Source: Eledone cirrhosa (lineage: Eukaryota). From it: a DNA stretch of 64,000 nucleotides. The notes beneath the pieces were generated by a model. The model was not told the origin of the DNA. It did not search any database and worked only from the letters and a program-made list of their open reading frames with translations. Every line of letters begins with the position of its first letter. Position 1 is the stretch's first letter. Shown piece after piece: positions 12,301 through 26,899 of this stretch. Where the stretch lies: contig OZ024762.1 in the NCBI GenBank assembly GCA_964016885.1, positions 28,520,001 through 28,584,000 on the forward strand, read 5' to 3'. Made by a program: the position numbers and the translations under genes.

Positions 12301-13826
12301 CAGTAGCTTTTACTCAATATTGGGTTGGTGTGTAACAAGACAGTAGCTTTTATTCAATATTGGGTTGGTCTGAAACAAGACAGTAGCTTTTATTAAATAT
12401 TGGGTTGGTCTGTAACAAGACGGTAGCTTTTATTCAATATTCGGTTGGGGTGTAACAAGACAGTAGCTTTTATTAAATATTGGGTTGGTCTGTAACAAGA
12501 CAGTAGCTTTTATGCATTATTGGGTTGGTCTGTAACAAGACAGTAGCTTTTATTCAATATTGGGTTGGTGTGAAACAAGTCAGTAGCTTTTATTAAATAT
12601 TAGGTTGTCTGTAACAAGACGGTAGCTTTTATTGAATATTGGGTTGGTGTGTCACAAGACAGTAGCTTTTATTAAATATTGGGTTGGTCTGTAACAAGAC
12701 AGTAGCTTTTATTAAATATTGGGTTGGTCTGTAACAAGACAGTTGCTTTTATGCATTATTGGGTTGGTCTGTAACAAGACAGTAGCTTTTATTCAATATT
12801 GGGTTCGTGTGTAACAAGACAGTAGCTTTTATTCAATATTGGATTGGTGTTTAACAAGACAGTAGCTTTTATTAAATATCGGGTTGGTGTGTAACAAGAC
12901 AGTAGCTTTTATTCAATATTGGGTTGGTCTGTAACAAGACAGTAGCTTTTCTTCAATATTGGGTTCATGTGTAACAAGACAGTAGCTTTTATTCAATATT
13001 GGATTGGTGTTTAACAAGACAGTAGCTTTTATTAAATATCGGGTTGGTGTGTAACAAGACAGTAGCTTTTATTCAATATTGGGTTGGTCTGTAACAAGAC
13101 AGTAGCTTTTATTTAATATTGGGTTGGTGTGTAACAAGACAGTAGCTGTTCTTCAATATTGGGTTGGTGTGTAACAAGACAGTAGCTTTTATTAAATATT
13201 ACGTTGTTGTGTAACAAGACACTAGCATTTATTCAATATTATGTTGGTCTGAAACAAGACAGTAGGTTTTATTCAATATTGGGTTGGTGTCTAACAAGAC
13301 AGTAGCTTTTATTAAATATTGTTCTGGTCTGTAACAAGACAATAGCTTTTATTAGATATTGGGTTGGTGTGTAACAAGACAGTAGCTTTTATTAAATATT
13401 GGGTTCGTCTGTAATAAGACAGTAGCTTTTATTCAATATTAGGTTAGTGTCTAACAAGACAGTAACTTTTATTAAATATTGTTCTGGTATGTAACAAGAC
13501 AATAGCTTTTATTCAATATTAGGTTGGTCTGTAACAAGACAATATCTTTTATTAAATATTGGGTTCGTCTGTAATAAGACAGTAGCTTTTATTCAATATT
13601 ATGTTGGTGTGTAACAAGAGAGTAGATTTTATTAAATATTGGGTTGGTCTGAAACAAGAGAGTTGCTTTTATTAAATATTGGGTTGGTCTGTAATAAGAC
13701 AGTAGCTTTTATTAAATATTGGGTTGGTCTGTAACAAGACAGTAGCTTTTATTAAATATTGGGTTGGTCTGTAACAAGACAGTTGCTTTTATGCATTATT
13801 GTGTTGGTCTGTAACAAGACAGTAGC
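6351..13826 (+). repeat. Tandem duplication of a 4038-bp (101-monomer) block; copy 2 lacks 15 monomers (600 bp)
   Basis: tgacagcagc at 6661/10699; ggggtggtctgaaac, tcacaggac, tctataacaa and the attaggttgtctg 1-bp deletion are all at offset 4038. After ~9250/13290 the offset becomes 3438 (gtctaacaag at 9851/13289). Confidence 0.92.
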
Positions 13827-16559
13827 TTTTATTCAATATTGGGTTCGTGTGTAACAAGACAGTAGCTTTTATTCAATATTGGATTGGTGTTTATCAAGAC
13901 AGTAGCTTTTATTAAATATTGGATTGGTGTGTAACAAGACAGTAGCTTTTATTCAATATTGGGTTGGTCTGTAACAAGACAGTAGCTTTTATTGAATATT
14001 GGGTTGGTGCGTAACAAGACAGTAGCTTTTCTTCAATATTGGGTTGGTGTGTAACAAGACAGTAGCTTTTATTACATATTACGTTGTTGTGTAACAAGAC
14101 ACTAGCTTTTATTCAATATTATGTTGGTCTGAAACAAGACAGTAGGTTTTATTCAATATTGGGTTGGTGTGTAACAAGACAGTAGCTTTTCGTAAATATT
14201 AGGTTGGTGTGTAACAAGACACTAGCTTTTTTAATATATTGTGTTGGTCTGTAACAAGACAGTAGCTTTTATTCAATATTGGGTTCGTGTGTAACAAGAC
14301 AGTAGTTTTTATTAAATATTGGGTTCGACTCTAATAAGACAGTAGCTTTTAATCAATATTATGTTGGTGTGTAACAAGACAGTAGGTTTTATTAAATATT
14401 GGGTTGGTCTGTAACAGGACAATAGCTTTTATTGAATATTGGGTTGGTCTGTAACAAGACAGTAGCTTTTATTCAATATTGGATTGGTGTGTGACACGAC
14501 AGTTGCTTTTATTAAATATTGGGTTGGTCTGCAACAAGGCAGTAGCTTTTATTAAATATTGGGTTGGTCTGTAACAAGACAGTAGCTCTTACTCAATATT
14601 AGGTATGTGTGTAACAAGACAGTAGCTTTTATTAAATATTGCGTTGGTCTGTAACAAGACAGTAGCTTTTATTCAATATTGGGTTGGTGTGTAACAAGTC
14701 AGTAGCTTTTATTAAATATTAGGTTGGTCTGTAACAAGACAGTAGCTTATATTGAATATTGGGTTGGTCTGTAACAAGAAAATAGCTTTTCGTAAATATT
14801 AGGTTGGTGTGTAACAAGACAGTAGCTTTTTTAATATATTGGGTTGGTGTGTAACAAGACAATAGCTTTTATTAAATATTGGGTTGGTGTGTAACAAGAT
14901 AGTAGCTTTTATTAAATATTGGGTTCGTCTGTAACAAGACAGTAGCTTTTATTCAATATTATGTTGGTGTGTAACAAGACAGTAGATTTTATTCATTACT
15001 AGGTTGGTCTGTAACAAGACAATAGCTTTTATTAAATATTGGGTTGGTGTGTAACAAGACAGTAGCTTTTATTAAATATTGGGTTCGACTGTAATAAGAC
15101 AGTAGCTTTTATTCAATATTATGTTGGTGTGTAACAAGACAGTAGGTTCTATTAAATATTGGGTTGGTCTGTAACAAGACAATAGCTTTTATTGAATATT
15201 GGGTTGGTCTGTAACAAGACAGTAGCTTTTATTCAATATTGGGTTGGTGTGTAAAACGACAGTAGCTTTTATTCAATATTGGGTTGGTGTGTAACAAGTC
15301 AGTAGCTTTTATTAAATATTAGGTTGGTCTGTAACAAGACAGTAGCTTTTTTTGAATATTGGGTTGGTCTGTAACAAGACAGTAGCTTTTATTCAATATT
15401 GGGTTGGTCTGAAACAAGACAGTAGCTTTTATTAAATATTGGGTTGGTCTGTAACAAGACGGTAGCTTTTATTCAATATTCGGTTGGTGTGTAACAAGAC
15501 AGTAGCTTTTATTAAATATTGGGTTGGTCTGTAACAAGACAGTAGCTTTTATGCATTATTGGGTTGGTCTGTAACAAGACAGTAGCTTTTATTCAATATT
15601 GGGTTGGTGTGTAACAAGTCAGTAGATTTTATTAAATATTAGGTTGGTCTGTAACAAGACAGTAGCTTTTATTGAATATTGGGTTGGTGTGTCACAAGAC
15701 AGTAGCTTTTATTAAATATTGGGTTGGTCTGTAACAAGACAGTAGCTTTTATTAAATATTGGGTTGGTCTGTAACAAGACAGTTGCTTTTATGCATTATT
15801 GGGTTGGTCTGTAACAAGACAGTAGCTTTTATTCAATATTGGGTTCGTGTGTAACAAGACAGTAGCTTTTATTCAATATTGGATTGGTGTTTAACAAGAC
15901 AGTAGCTTTAATTAAATATCGGGTTGGTGTGTAACAAGACAGTAGCTTTTATTTAATATTGGGTTGGTGTGTAACAAGACAGTAGCTTTTCTTCAATATT
16001 GGGTTGGTGTGTAACAAGACAGTAGCTTTTATTAAATATTACGTTATTGTGTAACAAGACACTAGCTTTTATTCAATATTATGTTGGTCTGAAACAAAAC
16101 AGTAGGTTTTATTCATTATTGGGTTGGTGTGTAACAAGACAGTCGCTTTTATTCAATATTGGGTTGATGTGTAACAAGGCAGTAACTTTTATTCAATATT
16201 GGGTTGGTGTGTAACAAGACAGTAGCTTTTCGTAAATATTAGGTTGGTGTGTAACAAGACAGTAGCTTTTTTAATATATTGGGTTGGTCTGTAACAAGAC
16301 AATAGCTTTTATTCAATATTGGGTTGGTCTGTAACAAGACAGTAGCTTTTATTCAATATTGGGTTCGTGTGTAACAAGACAGTAGCTTTTATTAAATATT
16401 GGGTTCGACTGTAATAAGACAGTAGCTTTTATTCAATATTATGTTGGTGTGTAACAAGACAGTAGGTTCTATTAAATATTGGGTTGGTCTGTAACAAGAC
16501 AATAGCTTTTATTGAATATTGGGTTGGTCTGTAACAAGACAGTAGCTTTTATTCAATAT

Positions 16560-19500
16560 TGGGTTGTTCTGTAACAAGACAGTAGCTTTTATTCAATATT
16601 GGGTTGGTGTGTAACAAGTCAGTAGCTTTTATTAAATATTAGGTTGGTCTGTAACAAGACAGTAGCTTTTATTGAATATTGGGTTGGTCTGTAACAAGAC
16701 GGTAGCTTTTATTCAATATTCGGTTGGTGTGTAACAAGACAGTAGCTTTTATTAAATATTGGGTTGGTCTGTAACAAGACAGTAGCTTTTATGCATTATT
16801 GGGTTGGTCTGTAACAAGACAGTAGCTTTTATTCAATATTGGGTTGGTGTGTAACAAGTCAGTAGATTTTTTTAAATATTATGTTGGTCTGTAACAAGAC
16901 AGTAGCTTTTATTGAATATTGGGTTGGTGTGTCACAAGACAATAGCTTTTATTAAATATTGGGTTGGTCTGTAACAGGACAGTAGCTTTTATTAAATATT
17001 GGGTTGGTCTGTAACAAGACAGTTGCTTTTATGCATTATTGGGTTTGTCTGTAACAAGACAGTAGCTTTTATTCAATATTGGGTTCGTGTGTAACAAGAC
17101 AGTAGCTTTTATTCAATATTGGATTGGTGTTTAACAAGACAGTAGCTTTTATTACATATCGGGTTGGTGTGTAACAAGACAGTAGCTTTTATTCAATATT
17201 GGGTTGGTCTGTAACAAGACAGTAGCTTTTATTTAATATTGGGTTGGTGTGTAACAAGACAGTAGCTTTTCTTCAATATTGGGTTGGTGTGTAACAAGAC
17301 AGTAGCTTTTATTAAATATTACGTTGTTGTGTAACAACACACTAGCTTTTATTCAATATTATGTTGGTCTGAAACAAAACAGTAGGTTTTATTCAATATT
17401 GGGTTGGTGTGTAACAAGACAGTAGCTTTTCGTAAATATTAGGTTGGTGTGTAACAAGACAGTAGCTTTTTTAATATATTGGGTTGGTCTGTAACAAGAC
17501 AATAGCTTTTATTCAATATTGGGTTGGTCTGTAACAAGACAGTAGCTTTTATTCAATATTGGGTTCGTGTGTAACAAGACAGTAGCTTTTATTAAATATT
17601 GGGTTCGACTGTAATAAGACAGTAGCTTTTATTCAATATTATGTTGGTGTGTAACAAGACAGTAGGTTCTATTAAATATTGGGTTGGTCTGTAACAAGAC
17701 AATAGCTTTTATTGAATATTGGGTTGGTCTGTAACAAGACAGTAGCTTTTATTCAATATTGGGTTGGTGTGTAAAACGACAGTAGCTTTTATTCAATATT
17801 GGGTTGGTGTGTAACAAGTCAGTAGCTTTTATTAAATATTAGGTTGGTCTGTAACAAGACAGTAGCTTTTATTGAATATTGGGTTGGTCTGTAACAAGAC
17901 AGTAGCTTTTATTCAATATTGGGTTGGTCTGAAACAAGACAGTAGCTTTTATTAAATATTGGGTTGGTCTGTAACAAGACGGTAGCTTTTATTCAATATT
18001 CGGTTGGTGTGTAACAAGACAGTAGCTTTTATTAAATATTGGGTTGGTCTGTAACAAGACAATAGCTTTTATTGAATATTGGGTTGGTCTGTAACAAGAC
18101 AGTAGCTTTTATTCAATATTGGGTTGTTCTGTAACAAGACAGTAGCTTTTATTCAATATTGGGTTGGTGTGTAACAAGTCAGTAGCTTTTATTAAATATT
18201 AGGTTGGTCTGTAACAAGACAGTAGCTTTTATTGAATATTGGGTTGGTGTGTCACAAGACAGTAGCTTTTATTAAATATTGGGTTGGTCTGTAACAGGAC
18301 AGTAGCTTTTATTAAATATTGGGTTGGTCTGTAACAAGACAGTTGCTTTTATGCATTATTGGGTTGGTCTGTAACAAGACAGTAGCTTTTATTCAATATT
18401 GGGTTCGTGTGTAACAAGACAGTAGCTTTTATTCAATATTGGATTGGTGTTTAACAAGACAGTAGCTTTTATTACATATCGGGTTGGTGTGTAACAAGAC
18501 AGTAGCTTTTATTCAATATTGGGTTGGTCTGTAACAAGACAGTAGCTTTTATTTAATATTGGGTTGGTGTGTAACAAAACAGTAGCTTTTCTTCAATATT
18601 GGGTTGGTGTGTAACAAGACAGTAGCTTTTATTAAATATTACGTTGTTGTGTAACAACACACTAGCTTTTATTCAATATTATGTTGGTCTGAAACAAAAC
18701 AGTAGGTTTTATTCAATATTGGGTTGGTGTGTAACAAGACAGTAGCTTTTCGTAAATATTGGGTTGGTGTGTAACAAGACAGTAGCTTTTTTAATATATT
18801 GGGTTGGTCTGTAACAAGACAATAGCTTTTATTCAATATTGGGTTGGTCTGTAACAAGACAGTAGCTTTTATTCAATATTGGGTTCGTGTGTAACAAGAC
18901 AGTAGCTTTTATTAAATATTGGGTTCGACTGTAATAAGACAGTAGCTTTTATTCAATATTATGTTGGTGTGTAACAAGACAGTAGGTTCTATTAAATATT
19001 GGGTTGGTCTGTAACAAGACAATAGCTTTTATTGAATATTGGGTTGGTCTGTAACAAGACAGTAGCTTTTATTCAATATTGGGTTGTTCTGTAACAAGAC
19101 AGTAGCTTTTATTCAATATTGGGTTGGTGTGTAACAAGTCAGTAGCTTTTATTAAATATTAGGTTGGTCTGTAACAAGACAGTAGCTTTTATTGTATATT
19201 GGGTTGGTCTGTAACAAGACGGTAGCTTTTATTCAATATTCGGTTGGTGTGTAACAAGACAGTAGCTTTTATTAAATATTGGGTTGGTCTGTAACAAGAC
19301 AGTAGCTTTTATGCATTATTGGGTTGGTCTGTAACAAGACAGTAGCTTTTATTCAATATTGGGTTGGTGTGTAACAAGTCAGTAGATTTTTTTAAATATT
19401 ATGTTGGTCTGTAACAAGACAGTAGCTTTTATTGAATATTGGGTTGGTGTGTCACAAGACAATAGCTTTTATTAAATATTGGGTTGGTCTGTAACAGGAC

Positions 19501-21840
19501 AGTAGCTTTTATTAAATATTGGGTTGGTCTGTAACAAGACAGTTGCTTTTATGCATTATTGGGTTTGTCTGTAACAAGACAGTAGCTTTTATTCAATATT
19601 GGGTTCGTGTGTAACAAGACAGTAGCTTTTATTCAATATTGGATTGGTGTTTAACAAGACAGTAGCTTTTATTACATATCGGGTTGGTGTGTAACAAGAC
19701 AGTAGCTTTTATTCAATATTGGGTTGGTCTGTAACAAGACAGTAGCTTTTATTTAATATTGGGTTGGTGTGTAACAAGACAGTAGCTTTTCTTCAATATT
19801 GGGTTGGTGTGTAACAAGACAGTAGCTTTTATTAAATATTACGTTGTTGTGTAACAACACACTAGCTTTTATTCAATATTATGTTGGTCTGAAACAAAAC
19901 AGTAGGTTTTATTCAATATTGGGTTGGTGTGTAACAAGACAGTAGCTTTTCGTAAATATTAGGTTGGTGTGTAACAAGACAGTAGCTTTTTTAATATATT
20001 GGGTTGGTCTGTAACAAGACAATAGCTTTTATTCAATATTGGGTTGGTCTGTAACAAGACAGTAGCTTTTATTCAATATTGGGTTCGTGTGTAACAAGAC
20101 AGTAGCTTTTATTAAATATTGGGTTCGACTGTAATAAGACAGTAGCTTTTATTCAATATTATGTTGGTGTGTAACAAGACAGTAGGTTCTATTAAATATT
20201 GGGTTGGTCTGTAACAAGACAATAGCTTTTATTGAATATTGGGTTGGTCTGTAACAAGACAGTAGCTTTTATTCAATATTGGGTTGGTGTGTAAAACGAC
20301 AGTAGCTTTTATTCAATATTGGGTTGGTGTGTAACAAGTCAGTAGCTTTTATTAAATATTAGGTTGGTCTGTAACAAGACAGTAGCTTTTATTGAATATT
20401 GGGTTGGTCTGTAACAAGACAGTAGCTTTTATTCAATATTGGGTTGGTCTGAAACAAGACAGTAGCTTTTATTAAATATTGGGTTGGTCTGTAACAAGAC
20501 GGTAGCTTTTATTCAATATTCGGTTGGTGTGTAACAAGACAGTAGCTTTTATTAAATATTGGGTTGGTCTGTAACAAGACAATAGCTTTTATTGAATATT
20601 GGGTTGGTCTGTAACAAGACAGTAGCTTTTATTCAATATTGGGTTGTTCTGTAACAAGACAGTAGCTTTTATTCAATATTCGGTTGGTGTGTAACAAGTC
20701 AGTAGCTTTTATTAAATATTAGGTTGGTCTGTAACAAGACAGTAGCTTTTATTGAATATTGGGTTGGTCTGTAACAAGACGGTAGCTTTTATTCAATATT
20801 CGGTTGGTGTGTAACAAGACAGTAGCTTTTATTAAATATTGGGTTGGTCTGTAACAAGACAGTAGCTTTTATGCATTATTGGGTTGGTCTGTAACAAGAC
20901 AGTAGCTTTTATTCAATATTGGGTTGGTGTGTAACAAGTCAGTAGATTTTATTAAATATTAGGTTGGTCTGTAACAAGACAGTAGCTTTTATTGAATATT
21001 GGGTTGGTGTGTCACAAGACAGTAGCTTTTATTAAATATTGGGTTGGTCTGTAACAGGACAGTAGCTTTTATTAAATATTGGGTTGGTCTGTAACAAGAC
21101 AGTTGCTTTTATGCATTATTGGGTTGGTCTGTAACAAGACAGTAGCTTTTATTCAATATTGGGTTCGTGTGTAACAAGACAGTAGCTTTTATTCAATATT
21201 GGATTGGTGTTTAACAAGACAGTAGCTTTTATTACATATCGGGTTGGTGTGTAACAAGACAGTAGCTTTTATTCAATATTGGGTTGGTCTGTAACAAGAC
21301 AGTAGCTTTTATTTAATATTGGGTTGGTGTGTAACAAAACAGTAGCTTTTCTTCAATATTGGGTTGGTGTGTAACAAGACAGTAGCTTTTATTAAATATT
21401 ACGTTGTTGTGTAACAACACACTAGCTTTTATTCAATATTATGTTGGTCTGAAACAAAACAGTAGGTTTTATTCAATATTGGGTTGGTGTGTAACAAGAC
21501 AGTAGCTTTTCGTAAATATTGGGTTGGTGTGTAACAAGACAGTAGCTTTTTTAATATATTGGGTTGGTCTGTAACAAGACAATAGCTTTTATTCAATATT
21601 GGGTTGGTCTGTAACAAGACAGTAGCTTTTATTCAATATTGGGTTCGTGTGTAACAAGACAGTAGCTTTTATTAAATATTGGGTTCGACTGTAATAAGAC
21701 AGTAGCTTTTATTCAATATTATGTTGGTGTGTAACAAGACAGTAGGTTCTATTAAATATTGGGTTGGTCTGTAACAAGACAATAGCTTTTATTGAATATT
21801 GGGTTGGTCTGTAACAAGACAGTAGCTTTTATTCAATATT
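16560..21840 (+). repeat. Tandem duplication: ~16560-19080 (2520 bp, 63 monomers) and ~19081-21840 (2760 bp, 69 monomers)
   Basis: gggttgttct (16561/19081), agtagatttttttaaatattatg (16861/19381), gggtttgtct (17041/19561) and gggttgttct (18121/20641) are at offset 2520. Later markers (gtaacaaaac 18571/21331; identical ORFs 18669/21429) are at offset 2760. Confidence 0.9.
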
Positions 21841-24800
21841 GGGTTGGTGTGTAAAACGACAGTAGCTTTTATTCAATATTGGGTTGGTGTGTAACAAGTC
21901 AGTAGCTTTTATTAAATATTAGGTTGGTCTGTAACAAGACAGTAGCTTTTATTAAATATTGGGTTGGTCTGTAACAAGACAGTAGCTTTTATTAAATATT
22001 GGGTTGGTCTGTAACAAGACGGTAGCTTTTATTCAATATTCGGTTGGTGTGTAACAAGACAGTAGCTTTTATTAAATATTGGGTTGGTCTGTAACAAGAC
22101 AGTAGCTTTTATGCATTATTGGGTTGGTCTGTAACAAGACAGTAGCTTTTATTCATTATTGGGTTGGTGTGTAACAAGTCAGTAGATTTTATTAAATATT
22201 AGGTTGGTCTGTAACAAGACAGTAGCTTTTATTGAATATTGGGTTGGTGTGTCACAAGACAGTAGCTTTTATTAAATATTGGGTTGGTCTGTAACAAGAC
22301 AGTAGCTTTTATTAAATATTGGGTTGGTCTGTAACAAGACAGTTGCTTTTATGCATTATTGGGTTGGTCTGTAACAAGACAGTAGCTTTTATTCAATATT
22401 GGGTTCGTGTGTAACAAGACAGTAGCTTTTATTCAATATTGGATTGGTGTTTAACAAGACAGTAGCTTTTATTAAATATCGGGTTGGTGTGTAACAAGAC
22501 AGTAGCTTTTATTTAATATTGGGTTGGTGTGTAACAAGACAGTAGCTTTTCTTCAATATTGGGTTGGTGTGTAACAAGACAGTAGCTTTTATTAAATATT
22601 ACGTTGTTGTGTAACAAGGCACTAGCTTTTATTCAATATTATGTTGGTCTGAAACAAAACAGTAGGTTTTATTCAATATTGGGTTGGTGTGTAACAAGAC
22701 AGTCGCTTTTATTCAATATTGGGTTGATGTGTAACAAGGCAGTAACTTTTATTCAATATTGGGTTGGTGTGTAACAAGACAGTAGCTTTTCGTAAATATT
22801 AGGTTGGTGTGTAACAAGACAGTAGCTTTTTTAATATATTGGGTTGGTCTGTAACAAGACAATAGCTTTTATTCAATATTGGGTTGGTCTGTAACAAGAC
22901 AGTAGCTTTTATTCAATATTGGGTTCGTGTGTAACAAGACAGTAGCTTTTATTAAATATGGGGTTCGACTGTAATAAGACAGTAGCTTTTATTCAATATT
23001 ATGTTGGTGTGTAACAAGACAGTAGGTTCTATTAAATATTTGGTTGGTCTGTAACAAGACAATAGCTTTTATTGAATATTGGGTTGGTCTGTAACAAGAC
23101 AGTAGCTTTTATTCAATATTGGGTTGGTCTGTAACAAGACAGTAGCTTTTATTCAATATTGGGTTGGTGTGTAACAAGTCAGTAGCTTTTATTAAATATT
23201 AGGTTGGTCTGTAACAAGACAGTAGCTTTTATTGAATATTGGGTTGGTCTGTAACAAGACGGTAGCTTTTATTCAATATTCGGTTGGTGTGTAACAAGAC
23301 AGTAGCTTTTATTAAATATTGGGTTGGTCTGTAACAAGACAGTAGCTTTTATGCATTATTGGGTTGGTCTGTAACAAGACAGTAGCTTTTATTCAATATT
23401 GGGTTGGTGTGTAACAAGTCAGTAGATTTTATTAAATATTAGGTTGGTCTGTAACAAGACAGTAGCTTTTATTGAATATTGGGTTGGTGTGTCACAAGAC
23501 AGTAGCTTTTATTAAATATTGGGTTGGTCTGTAACAAGACAGTAGCTTTTATTAAATATTGGGTTGGTCTGTAACAAGACAGTTGCTTTTATGCATTATT
23601 GGGTTGGTCTGTAACAAGACAGTAGCTTTTATTCAATATTGGGTTCGTGTGTAACAAGACAGTAGCTTTTATTCAATATTGGATTGGTGTTTAACAAGAC
23701 AGTAGCTTTTATTCAATATTGGGTTGGTCTGTAACAAGACAGTAGCTTTTATTTAATATTGGGTTGGTGTGTAACAAGACAGTAGCTTTTCTTCAATATT
23801 GGGTTGGTGTGTAACAAGACAGTAGCTTTTATTAAATATTACGTTGTTGTGTAACAAGACACTAGCTTTTATTCAATATTATGTTGGTCTGAAACAAAAC
23901 AGTAGGTTTTATTCAATATTGGGTTGGTGTGTAACAAGACAGTCGCTTTTATTCAATATTAGGTTGATGTGTAACAAGGCAGTAACTTTTATTCAATATT
24001 GGGTTGGTGTGTAACAAGACAGTAGCTTTTCGTAAATATTAGGTTGGTGTGTAACAAGACAGTAGCTTTTTTAATATATTGGGTTGGTCTGTAACAAGAC
24101 AATAGCTTTTATTCAATATTGGGTTGGTCTGTAACAAGACAATAGCTTTTATTCAATATTGGGTTGGTCTGTAACAAGACAGTAGCTTTTATTCAATATT
24201 GGGTTCGTGTGTAACAAGACAGTAGCTTTTATTAAATATTGGGTTCGACTGTAATAAGACAGTAGCTTTTATTCAATATTATGTTGGTGTGTAACAAGAC
24301 AGTAGGTTCTATTAAATATTGGGTTGGTCTGTAACAAGACAATAGCTTTTGTTGAATATTGGGTTGGTCTGTAACAAGACAGTAGCTTTTATTCAATATT
24401 GGGTTCGTCTGTAATAAGACAGTAGCTTTTATTCAATATTATGTTGGTGTGTAACAAGACAGTAGATTTTATTCAATACTAGGTTGGTCTGTAACAAGAC
24501 AATAGCTTTTATTAAATATTGGGTTGGTGTGTAACAAGACAGTAGCTTTTATTAAATATTGGGTTGGTTTGTAACAAGACAGTAGCTTTTATTCAATATT
24601 GGGTTGGTGTGTAACAAGTCAGTAGATTTTATTAAATATTAGGTTGGTCTGTAACAAGACAGTAGCTTTTATTGAATATTGGGTTGGTGTGTCACAAGAC
24701 AGTAGCTTTTATTAAATAATGGGTTGGTCTGTAACAAGTCAGTAGCTTTTATTAAATATTGGGTTGGTCTGTAACAAGACAGTTGCTTTTATGCATTATT

Positions 24801-26899
24801 GGGTTGGTCTGTAACAAGACAGTAGCTTTTATTCAATATTGGGTTCGTGTGTAACAAGACAGTAGCTTTTATTCAATATTGGATTGATGTTTAACAAGAC
24901 AGTAGCTTTTATTAAATATCGGGTTGTTGTGTAACAAGACAGTAGCTTTTATTCAATATTGGGTTGGTCTGTAACAAGACAGTAGCTTTTATTTAATATT
25001 GGGTTGGTGTGTAACAAGACAGTAGCTTTTCTTCAATATTGGGTTGGTGTGTAACAAGACAGTAGCTTTTATTAAATATTACGTTGTTGTGTAACAAGAC
25101 ACTAGCTTTTATTCAATATTATGTTGGTCTGAAACAAGACAGTCGCTTTTATTCAGTATTGGGTTGATGTGTAACAAGGCAGTAACTTTTATTCAATATT
25201 GGGTTGGTGTGTAACAAGACAGTAGCTTTTCGTAAATATTAGGTTGGTGTGTAACAAGACAGTAGCTTTTTTAATATATTGGGTTGGTCTGTAACAAGAC
25301 AATAGCTTTTATTGAATATTGGGTTGGTCTGTAACAAGACAGTAGCTTTTATTCAATATTGGGTTGGTGTGTAAACGACAGTAGCTTTTATTCAATATTG
25401 GGTTGGTGTGTAACAAGTCAGTAGCTTTTATTAAATATTAGGTTGGTCTGTAACAAGACAGTAGCTTTTATTGAATATTGGGTTGGTCTGTAACAAGACA
25501 GTAGCTTTTATTCAATATTAGGTTAGTGTGTAACAAGACAGTAGCTTTTATTAAATATTGCGTTGGTCTGTAACAAGACAGTAGCTTTTATTCAATATTA
25601 GGTTGGTCTGTAACAAGACAATAGCTTTTATTAGATATTGGGTTGGTGTGTAACGAGACAGTAGCTTTTATTCAATATTGGGTTGGTGTTTAACAAGACA
25701 GTAGCTTTTATTGAATATTGGGTTGGTCTGTAACAAGACAGTAGCTTTTATTTAATATTGGGTTGGTGTGTAACAAGACAGTAGCTTTTCTTCAATATTG
25801 GGTTGGTGTGTAACAAGACAGTAGCTTTTATTAAATATTACGTTGTTGTGTAACAAGACACTAGCTTTTATTCAATATTATGTTGGTCTGAAACAAGACG
25901 GTAGGTTTTATTCAATATTGGGTTGGTGTGTAACAAGACAGTCGCTTTTATTCAATATTGGGTTGATGTGTAACAAGGCATTAACTTTTATTCAATATTG
26001 GGTTGGTGTGTAATAAGACAGTAGCTTTTCGTAAATATGAGGTTGGTGTGTAACGAGACAGTAGCTTTTATTAAATATTGGGTTCGTCTTTAATAAGACA
26101 GTAGCTTTTATTCAATATTATGTTGGTGTGTAACAAGACAGTAGATTTTATTCAATACTAGGTTGGTCTGTAACAAGACAATAGCTTTTATTAAATATTG
26201 GGTTGGTGTGTAACAAGACAGTAGCTTTTATTAAATATTGGGTTGGTCTGTAACAAGACAGTAGCTTTTATGCATTATTGGGTTGGTCTGTAACAAGACA
26301 GTAGCTTTTACTCAATATTGGGTTGGTGTGTAACAAGACAGTAGCTTTTATTCAATATTGGGTTGGTCTGAAACAAGACAGTAGCTTTTCTTAAATATTG
26401 GGTTGGTCTGTAACAAGACGGTAGCTTTTATTCAATATTCGGTTGGTGTGTAACAAGACAGTAGCTTTTATTAAATATTGGGTTGGTCTGTAACAAGACA
26501 GTAGCTTTTATGCATTATTGGGTTGGTCTGTAACAAGACAGTAGCTTTTATTCAATATTGGGTTGGTGTGTAACAAGTCAGTAGCTTTTATTAAATATTA
26601 GGTTGGTCTGTAACAAGACAGTAGCTTTTATTGAATATTGGGTTGGTCTGTAACAAGACAGTAGCTTTTATTCAATACTAGGTTGGTCTGTAACAAGACA
26701 ATAGCTTTTATTAAATATTGGGTTGGTGTGTCACAAGACAGTAGCTTTTATTAAATATTGGGTTGGTCTGTAACAAGACAGTAGCTTTTATTAAATATTG
26801 GGTTGGTCTGTAACAAGACAGTTGCTTTTATGCATTATTGGATTGGTGTTTAACAAGACAGTAGCTTTTATTAAATATCGGGTTGGTGTGTAACAAGAC

